Positions 54,531-64,000 of a DNA stretch of 64,000 bases are shown here, piece after piece. The position numbers and the translations under genes were made by a program. This DNA is from Mobula hypostoma. Lineage: Eukaryota. The stretch covers positions 121,892,001-121,956,000 of the forward strand of contig NC_086099.1 in NCBI RefSeq assembly GCF_963921235.1, read 5' to 3'. Under the pieces are notes generated by a model. It ran no database searches and had not been told where the DNA came from. It saw only the letters and a program-made list of their open reading frames with translations. The stretch's first letter is position 1; the number at the start of each line of letters is the position of its first letter.

Positions 54531-55669
54531 ATGGGGTAAGGAAGTGAAGGCCTGCACTTGGCTGCCTGATATTACATCCCAGGCGTCTAGTGAACTTCGA
54601 TTATCGGCAGAAGTATTGATCACAATTATTGACCGAGCGTGCTGGCTGTTTCTTTGTGATTTATCTGCGTCTTTCAGACAGCCATGTTATCATTGGTATT
54701 CCGTGCACTCTTCGCTTTTATTTTAGTTTTAGTGTTCGTCGAGAATCCAAGCTCTTTTTAATGTTATCTATATAAATGCTTGTCTGTCTTTATTTATATA
54801 ATTATTAGTCTGGTATTCAGCTATGAATGTGAGGTGTTCTGTATGTGTAGATGTACAGGCTCTGCTGTAGTATTTCAACACTGCAAACTAGTGGTGAAGG
54901 TCACAAGTCTACCTCCGGGGCAGCTTTGTAGTTTGGTAGTGACGTGCTGATGCTTAGACTACTTTGTTTGCTACTTCCCATTCTTCAGAATAGGCCTTTG
55001 GGTCGCTTAATTCCCGAACTATGGGAGGAAATTGTTAGGTTCCTTTTCTGAAAGACTACAGATTCTTGTATCTCAGCCAGAATTTCAATTGTCCAGAGCG
55101 TCCTTCAAATTGAATTATCTTGGGTCTGTTCTCAGTTGCCAGGTGCCGAGCTGAAGGACGGGGTACTGTTTTCATGAATGGTCATTTGCCCGTCAGAAAT
55201 TGTGGTTTTCTAGGAAGGTGAGGAGAAAAAGAATTCACTGTGGCCTCCAATTTATTGAGCTGTTTCTTTCTATGCTTTGCAAAAGATGGATCTCATCAGG
55301 TCGGGCAGTATCTGCGAAGGAAAAAACCTTTAACACTTTGAATTTCAGATCAGGTATACCAACGGACACGTGAAGGGTACTCAACTTGAAACATTAATTG
55401 TTTCTCCTTGTACAGATCTGCTGAGTGCTTCCAGCATTTTTGGTCTTATTTCAGATGTCCAGCATTTTTCAGTTTTCTTTTTGAGAAAGCAAACCTGATT
55501 GGTGGAGGTAGGGGGTAGCTTTTTGTTAAGTACCTCACCCCTATTGCCCATAGACAGTGGTGGGACTTTATCATGAGTGCACTCTGCTGCTGTGGTTAAA
55601 CTTGACTAGGCCTGATTATGGAGAGACTTGTGGAGTCCTGCTGCCTTATTTTTAAAACAGAATGAGTGC

Positions 55670-56610
55670 CGAAAGCATTTGATGGTTCTGGGCCTGTACT
55701 CAGTGGCTTTTTAAAAAAAATATATTTTAAAGGCCTAGATAGAGTGAAAGAATTCAATGTTAGTATTCATTTTGAGAAAGGGTGTGCTGGCATTGGAGGG
55801 AGTTCAGAGGAGGCTCATGAAAATATTTCCAGGAATGAAAGGGTTAATGTATGAGGAGTGTTTAATGGCTCTGAGTCTGTTCTTGCTGGAGATTAGAAGA
55901 ATGGCGGGGGGGGGGTACCTCATTGAAACTTATTGAATATTGAAAGGCCTAGACAGAGTGGATGCAGACAGGATGTTTCTAATAGTGGGAGAGTCTTGGA
56001 CCAGAGGACACAGCCACAGAATAGAGGGAGAACAGAGATGGGGAGGAATTTCTTTAGCCAGGGAGTGGCGAATCTATAAAAACACTGGTCTGGGTGCACA
56101 TGGAGTATTGTCTTCATTTCTGGTAGTCCCAGTATAGGAAGGACGAGGAAGCTATATAGAGAGGGTGCAGAGGAGGTTTACCAGGATTTTGCCTGGATTA
56201 GAGGGCATGATTGGTTGAGTGTGCAAGGGCTTTCCTCTTTGGAGCAACGGAGGATGGCAGTAGATGTGAGGGAGCTGTACAAGATGCATAGATTGAATGG
56301 CCAAACAAAGACTTTTTCCCAGGCAGAAATAACTAATGTAAAGGCGCATAATTTTAAGCTGATTGGGGGAAGGTATTGGGGGGGGGGGGATATCAGAGGG
56401 ACTGTAAGTTTTTTTTTACAGAGTGGTGTGTGGGTGCGTGGACCACCCTGCCAGGAGTGGTGAGTAGAGGCAGATACATTAGGGACATTAAAGAAGCTCT
56501 TAGATTGAATGATAGAGAAATGAGGGGTTATGTAGGAGGAAAGGTGCAAATGTTTGAGTATATTAAAATGTCAGCATGACATTTTGGGCCAAGTGGCCTG
56601 TACTGTAATG
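55670..56610 (+). mobile_element. Stacked CR1 3' fragments
   Basis: KGLDRVDADRMFLIVGESWTRGHS and VQRRFTRILPGL-type remnants. Confidence 0.7.
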
Positions 56611-57079
56611 TCTGTCCAAGATTCCTCCACTGCCAGATTGAGACCAGAGGCAAATTAGAGGAACAGCGGTCCAACCTGTTGACACGTACAACAAATTCTT
56701 AGACCTCCAGTCCGCCTCTGTCTCTTTTCCCCTCCTGATTGTCCTGCCCCCAATATTCTCTCTTTCCCATCCCCCACCCTCTCCATCAGGCCATCAGCCA
56801 CATATTCCTCCCTCCGCTTTCTCTCCCCAACTGCCTTGCACATTCCCATCACCTCTCATCCTTTGGCATCATTCCCACTCTGCCTATCACTCCCCCTCAC
56901 CTGGATCCTCCTCCCACCTACTGCCTTTTGGACTGCTTTCTTTTAGCCCCTCCATAGACGTTGTCTGACTCGCTGAGTTCCTCCAATGGTTTGTGTATTG
57001 TTTCAGATTTTAATGAGGTTATCCGATGTTTTAGGGGGTTAGTGGTGAGATCACTCGAGTCGAGTATGCTGATCTCCTA

Positions 57080-57600
57080 AGGGTTGTCTATTGGTGGGTC
57101 TTCAGCTGGTTGTAGAGACCGATCCAGGATCCAGATATTCTGGTGCAGTGTGGGTGAGAGTAAGTGGTGGCTGTGGTCAGTGGTTGGGTCTTTTAGTTGT
57201 TCAGTCTCTCCTTTCGCAGCTGCCCCTTGTTCTCTACGGCACTGTAGAGGTTGCTTCATGTAGCGCAGTGCCTTCTTGAACAGATTTCCTCCAGGTGTGT
57301 CTGTGGAGTGCAATGTCTTCCCAGTTTTTAGATGTAATGTTGAATTTCTTCAGGCTGATTTTGATATCATCTTTGCCCACCAGGGGCTCACTGACCTTCC
57401 TTCAACTGGGAATAAAGGATCTGTCTGGGCATCTGAATGACATGACCTATCCATTGGAGTTGGCATTGGTTTTTCATGGACATGCTGTTCATGTTGGCCT
57501 CCTCCTCATGTTGGTGTTAGTGTGTCAATCCTAATAGCTGGTCCTCAAAATCTTTCGTAAGGATCTTTGGTGGAATACGTCCGGGCTTTTTAGGTGCCTA
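57080..57600 (-). mobile_element. RTE-like LINE 3' fragment
   Basis: Minus-strand remnant FHQRSLRKILR, typical of RTE RT C-termini. Confidence 0.45.
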
Positions 57601-58129
57601 CTGAGGGGGGCAAGTATGAGGAAATGGACAGTGTAAGTTGTCAAAGGGGTGAGGTGATACAGTTCCAGAATTTCAGTGAGGTGCTGTGGTAGAAGGAAGC
57701 AATGGTGGAGGAGCAGAGGACTGGAGGGAAGGGGACTTTTGTTACACATTAATTTCTTTGTGTCTGTGGGAGTATTAGTGCTGACAGAGATAAAAACAAA
57801 ATGATCAAATGCTTGCATCCTGGGACAGATGCAGGTGGCTTGCCTGAGGCTTTGGCTGGTGTTTGACTTCTTGCCAACATGTATATACTGCTGCACTGCT
57901 CTGGGACTGTCGTTCTCTGCTTGGCTGTTCCCAGCAAGCTCCTAGAGCAGAGAGAGAGTCGAAGTACATACAGAACCAGGTGTATGTCAGGGTTTGCAGG
58001 CCATTATTGACTATAATATGCAACATACAGTACCAATGGCTGTAATGCTTCATTCCCAATGAGCTCAGCATAAATGAAAGGGAGACTAACACTACACCTT
58101 CATGACGCCCCCCCCCCCCCAACAGCATC

Positions 58130-59590
58130 CGGTGCCCCTTTGAGCTCCGTTCTGGAGGCCAATGTCAGAACATGTTCAAGAAGCTGAACTCTTGCAAGGT
58201 GTCATGCCCCAAATATGTAACTGGTAAGGTACTAAAAACTTGTGCCAGCCAACTGGTTGGAGCATGCAGGCTGAGACTCCCACCTGCGTCAAAAGGGCAT
58301 CAGTTATACCAGTGCCAAAGAGCTGGGTGAGCTGCATCAACGACTGTGGCCCAGTTGTACTCACATCTACTGTGATTAAGTGCTTTGAGAGGTTGGTCGT
58401 GGCTAGAATCAACTCCTGCCTAAGCAGGGACCTGGACCTACTATAATTTACTTATCACCAGAATAGGTGAACAGCAGATGCAGTCTTACTGGTTCTCCAC
58501 TGTGGAGTATGTTGACAACAGCAAACACACGTCAGGCTGATGTCTACTGATTACAGCTCAGTATCAACACCATCACCCCCTCAGTACTAATCAGTAAGCT
58601 TCAAAGCCTGGACCTCTGTACCACCTCCTGCAATTTGACCCTTGACTTCCCTATCAGGGACTGCAACCAGTTAAATTGGAAATAACGTCTTCCCCTTGCA
58701 GGTTCAATATAGGTGCACCTCAAGGGTGTATGTCTAGCCCACTGCTCTACTCTCTCTACACCCATGACTGTGTTGTTAGTCACAGCTCAAATGCCATCTA
58801 CAAATTCACAGATGACACCACCATAGTTGGTAAAATTTCAGATGGCAAAGAGGTGGTGTACAGGAGTAAGATAGACCAGCTGGTTGAGTGAGATTGCAAC
58901 AACAATCTCATACTCAACATTAACACAACCAAGGAATCGATTGTGGATCTCAGGAAGAGGAAAATTGGGAAAACACGCATCAGTCTTCATTGAGGAGATT
59001 GAGGAGTCAACTGTAGAAAGAGTGATCAGTTTCAAATTGCTTGTGGTCAGTATCTCCAAGGGATTTATCCTGGACCCAACACATTGATGCATTCATGAAA
59101 AAGGCACGACAGCTGCTATGTGCATTAGGAGTTTGAAAAGATTTGGTATGTCACCGAAGACTTGCAAATTTCTATAAATATGCAGTGGTGAACATTCTGA
59201 TTGGTTGCATCAACATCTGGTATGTAGACTCCAATCCACAGGATTGAAGGCCTGCAGACTAGAGGGCTGTAGACTCGGTTAGCTACATGATGGGAATAAC
59301 CCTCCCCACCACTGAGGATATCTTCAAGACATGGTGACTCAAAAAGGCAGCATCCATCATTAAGGAAACTCACCATCTGAGACGTACCCTCTTCTCATTA
59401 CTACTATCAGAGAGGAGGAACAGGAGCCTGAAGACCCACACTCAATGATTTAGGAAGAGCTTCTCCTCTGCCATAAGATTTCAGACCAGTCCATGAACAC
59501 TAGCACATTATTAGTTTTTATTTTGCACTATTTTGTAATTGATGTGACTTTTCATCTCTGTACCGTACTGCTGCCATAAGGCAACAAATT
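58130..59590 (+). mobile_element. Rex1/Babar-type LINE RT and 3' end
   Basis: PVVLTSTVIKCFERLV; GAPQGCMSSPLLYSLYTHDC..IYKFTDDTTIVG. Confidence 0.85.
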
Positions 59591-59894
59591 TCTGAAAGGT
59601 CTTTATACCCGTGGAGAGGGTTGGTTTAATACCTCATCTGAAAGACCGCCTCTTGTATTTTCTTTGCATTTGGCCCTGAATTTTATTCTTCTGATGTTTG
59701 GTGCTGAAGGACTAACCCTAATGCATTTAGCACAATTTTACTCAGAAATCTTTGAAACAGTTAAGATAGCTCAGGGGAGGGAGTTCTTGAGTAGCTGATG
59801 CACATCTGATTCTGTATGTAAATTCACGAGAAATTGCTTTTTCACTCTTATTATGGCCTTTGTAGTTCGTATCTGGATGACTTGGACCATTAAC

Positions 59895-60490
59895 CCTCAG
59901 AGCAGAATTAGGCCAGTTGGTTTACTTGAGTCTGCTCCACCATTCCATCATGGCTGATTTATTTTCCCTTTCAACCTTTTCCCCCGTAACCTTTGATGTC
60001 CTGACTAATCAAGAATCTAACTACTTTAAATATACCTAATGACTTGGCTTCCACAACCATCTGTGGTAATGAATTCCACATATTCACCACTCCCTGGCTA
60101 AAGAAATCCCTCCTCATTTCTATTCTAAATGGATATCCTTCTATTTTGAGGCTGTGTCCTCTGGTCCTAGACTGCCCCACCATAGGAAACATCTTCTCCA
60201 CATTGACTCTATCTGGGCTTTTCAATATAGTTTTCAATGAGATCCCCTCTCATTCTTCTGAACTCCAGTGAGTACAGGCCAAGAGCCATTAAACGGTGCT
60301 CATACATTAACACTGTCATTTCCGGGATCATTCTCTGAACCTCCTCTGAACTCCCCAATGCCAGAACATCCTTTCTTAGATGAAGGGCCCCAAACTGCTC
60401 TCAATTTTCCTTCTGACTAAAGTATTATAAAGCTTCAGCATGCTATCCTTGTTTTTATATTCTAGTCCTCTCGGGATGAATGCTAATTTG
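59895..60490 (-). mobile_element. CR1 3' fragment
   Basis: ORF 59971-60237 reads TRGHSLKI..RRDFFSQGVVNMWNSLP. Confidence 0.8.
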
Positions 60491-62771
60491 CAACTGGGGT
60501 TTGGGGAACTTGCATGTCTCCATGTAGATGTCTCTATTTGAACCCTATGTGAAACCTGGACTTCTGATTAAGGCTGCATTGGTAATATGAAATGTGTGTA
60601 CTAGCGTTAGCGATTCTGAGATGTGCAGCATAAGAGATGTTAAGGTGATGTCTGTTTCAGCAGAGCAACACCAGGCTAGCCAGGCTAAATGTTTGCAGTG
60701 TTGGGTAGCCTACAGCATACTCAGGAGGCTGACACTCAGCCCCTTGTCCCTGCTATCTCATGATTTTCATAGAAGATCGGGGCACAAGCTTGGCTCCTTG
60801 GCTCATGATGTTGTGCCCAACTAAACTAATCCCTTATGACTGAACACTACAGCACAAAAACAGGCACTTTGACCCATCCAGTCCATGTGAACTGTTATTT
60901 TAACAAGTCGATTGACCTGCACACAGACCATATCCCTCCATATTCTTCCCATCCATGTACCTATCAAAATTTCACTTAAATGTTGAAATCACTACTTTTG
61001 CTGGTAGCTCGTTTCACACTGTTTACCACCTTCTGGTTGCAGAGGTTCCTCGTCATGTTCCCCTTAAACATTTCGCCTTTCACCCTTAACCTATGTCCTC
61101 TAGTTGTAGTCTCACCCAACATCAGTGAAAAAGCCTGCTTGTGTTTACCCTATCTATACCCCTCATAATTGTGTATACATCTGTCAAAATTCCCTCATCC
61201 TCCTACACACCTTGGAATAAATTCCTAACCTATTCAGCCTTTTCCCATAGCTCAGGTTCTCAAGTCCCAGCAATGTGGTCCATATCCTTCAATTCTCTGC
61301 ACATTCATTTGCCTGTCTAAGAGCCTTCTAAATAACTCTGTTGTACTTGTCTCCACCACCACCCCAGCCGGTATGTTCCAGGCATGCACTGCTTCCTGTG
61401 CCGGAAAATAAAACTGGCCTGCAAATCTCAGTAGCATCGGGGTTAGTGTGACACTATTACAGCTTGGCCATTGTTTGGGGTGCAATTCCGGTGTCCTCTA
61501 AGCAGGTTTGTATGTTCCTTCCCATGTGTGTGTGGGTTTCCTCCGGGTACTCCTGTCTTCTCACATGGTATGTGCCCTTGATGCTGGTGTAACAGTCGTC
61601 AGGTGGGTTGGCTCCTCTGGTTCCACAGGTGGTGTGTTGGTGGTAGTTGGTCGGAGACTTTTTCATGCAGGCCTGCCTGAAATCCCCCGCAATCCTAGGG
61701 AAACCTGGTGACTACTAGCACAGTGCTGAGCACCTGCTGTGCCGGTGTGACGTTGGTCAGGGCTGGAATGTACACTGAAACCAGGGTAATGATGGAAAAC
61801 CACCTTGGCAGATAGAATGGATGGCACTTGACTGCTAGATGTTCCAGACCAATGTCTGATCTGTGCGATGGGCTGGAGTGTTGGGGTGAGCCACATCTGC
61901 GAAGCAGAGTAGACAAGAATGTTTTCAGTCAAGTTCACTAAAAACTGCTTGTGCTTATTATCACAGTGCTCAGTGTGGAAATGTGTAATGCTGAAATTGA
62001 CTAAGCATTTCCTCTATTACAGCACCATGCGTAGGTAGGTTGTGAAGAGTTATAGTCATACACAGAAACATGCTCTTCAGCCCATCTAGTTCATGCTGAA
62101 CTATTATTCTGCCTGGTCGCATCGACCTACCTATCCAAACTTCCCTTAAATCTCATGTTCCCCTTAAATATTTCACCTTTCACCTTAACCTACGACCTCT
62201 GGTTCTAGTCTCACCCAACCTCAGTGGAAGAAGTCTGTGTGCATTTATCCCCTTCAAAATTTTGTATACCAGTCAAATCTCCCCTCAATCTTCTATGTTC
62301 CAGGGAATGAAGTCCTAACCTATTCAAATTTTCCTGATAACTCAGGTCCTCGAGTCCTGGCAACATCCTTATAAATTTTCTCTTCACTCTTTCAGTCTTA
62401 TTGATAAATTTCCTTTGGGTAGGTGACCAGAACTACCCACATTTACTCTAGATTATTCCTCACCAATGTTTTACACAACTTCAACATAATGTTCCACTCC
62501 TGTGCTCGATGAAGGCCAATAAATCTTTACGAAGAATAAAGTTTCTTTATGAAGATTAAAAGCTTTCTTTATGATCCTATCTACTGTACCTGTGATGCCA
62601 CTTACGAGGAATTCTGGAAGTGTAGGTTGTACTATGAGTGTATTGCATGAGTGCTGTTCATTGTCTGGAGTTCAGTGCTCAGTGCAGTGTCTGCAGTAGC
62701 TCTGAGTCTCTTTTCTCAGATCCTTTGGAGCAGGGACTGAAATGAGCTCACAGGGCCCAGGGCAGCAGCCT

Positions 62772-63310
62772 GCGCACAGTAGCTGGTGGTTAGTGCCATC
62801 GCTTAACAGTGCCAGCGATCACCGGTTGGGGTTTGATGCCTGTCACTGGAAGGAGTTTGTATGTTCTCCCCGTGACTCTGTGTGTTTCCTCTGGGTGCTC
62901 CACTTTCCTCCCATGTTCCAAAGATATACAGGTTAGGGTTCACAACAGGAATTCTGCAGATGCTGGAAATTCAAGCAACACACATCAAAGTTGCTGGTGA
63001 ACACAGCAGGCCAGGCAGCATCTCTGGGAAGAGGTACAGTTGATGTTTCAGGCCAAGACCCTACGAAGGGTCTCGGCCTGAAACGTCGACTGTACCTCTT
63101 CCTAGAGATGCTGCCTGGCCTGCTGCGTTCACCAGCAACTTTGATGTGTGTTACAGGTTAGGGTTAGTGGGTTGTGTGGCGTGCTGTCTTGGCTCCAGTA
63201 GTGTGATGACACTCAGGGCTGACCAATCACAATTCTCGGTGCTTTGATGCAGAGAGCAAATCACTGTATGTTTTGATGTACATGTGATAAAGAAAAGGCA
63301 TATTTATCTT
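62772..63310 (+). mobile_element. tRNA-derived SINE interrupted by a Penelope fold-back
   Basis: SINE head and central domain lie before 62940 and continue after 63152. Confidence 0.6.
62941..63151. mobile_element. Near-perfect palindromic Penelope-like insertion
   Basis: 14-bp TSD TACAGGTTAGGGTT at 62927-62940 and 63152-63165; the arms meet at ~63062. Confidence 0.85.
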
Positions 63311-64000
63311 TATAGTAATTGTAAGATGGCTCTCCATACTAAGCTCAAATAGTGTCTGATTCGTTGATACCTTGACATAGCAGGTGCACAATGTATTGGA
63401 CCTCATCTCAAGCCATTATTTATGTACTGATGCTGCCTCTCCCCTTGCCTGCCTTACTGAGCTTGTACCTGGTAGTGTTAAATGGCATTTGTTTGTGTTT
63501 GTATAATGGTAATTTTTTTTTCACCAAACCTCTAACTGTTTCATCCAGCAAGAACCATCATATCTGCTTAGCATTAACCATGACGAGATATAAATAGTGG
63601 TTCAGAATTTTTGTATCAGAAGCCTCAGTCGAATCTCCATCCTGAGGTGAAGAGCTGGGATACTACTTCCCTGTAAAACACACACAATGCTGGAGGAATT
63701 CTGCCGCTTTTTCCGATTTTGTGCAGTGGCCCCTCCAGACAGATGGTGACGGTTCCATGGATGCTGCTTAACCTGCTGGGGATTGCAAGCTCAGCCAGCT
63801 CCATCGTCGGCACGAGTACCGAGGACACCTCCAAAAGGTGATGCCTCAAAAAGGTGGCATCCATCATTAAGGACCTCCATCACCCAGGACATGCCCTTTC
63901 CTCATTACTGCCATCGAAGAGGAGGTACAGGAGTCTGAAGATACATTCTCAATGTGGGGAACAGCTTCTACCCCTCCACCATCAGGTTTCTGAACAGACA

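Overview
Vertebrate genomic DNA. The repeat content (CR1 LINEs, tRNA-derived HE1/V-SINE-like elements, abundant Penelope derivatives) suggests a cartilaginous fish, probably a ray; this is an inference. The window holds one complete + strand gene, a mitochondrial glutamate carrier most like slc25a55 (SLC25A22/SLC25A18 family). It has a CpG-island promoter at ~8.7-9.45 kb, a non-coding exon 1 ending at 9214, nine coding exons from 15413 to 30358 (993 nt, 330 aa, all GT-AG introns with consistent phases) and poly(A) signals at ~31.5 kb. A second CpG island at ~54.0-54.5 kb, with a perfect CArG box and a GTGAGT donor, marks the first exon of a downstream + strand gene I cannot identify. The rest is mostly nested, decayed transposons: CR1, Rex1/Babar-like, RTE-like, Gypsy, Tc1/pogo, hAT, SINEs and Penelope. 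The most notable signal is a set of more than a dozen Penelope-like terminal repeats carrying a minimal hammerhead-ribozyme motif, many inserted as fold-back copies with 12-15 bp target-site duplications. Other points of interest are a 147-148 bp duplicated promoter module, a SINE-tail-derived tandem array, a candidate poison exon, a locally templated ~445 bp insertion and a candidate ATG micro-exon. Exon and TSD coordinates were counted base by base; other TE boundaries are approximate. No database searches were run.
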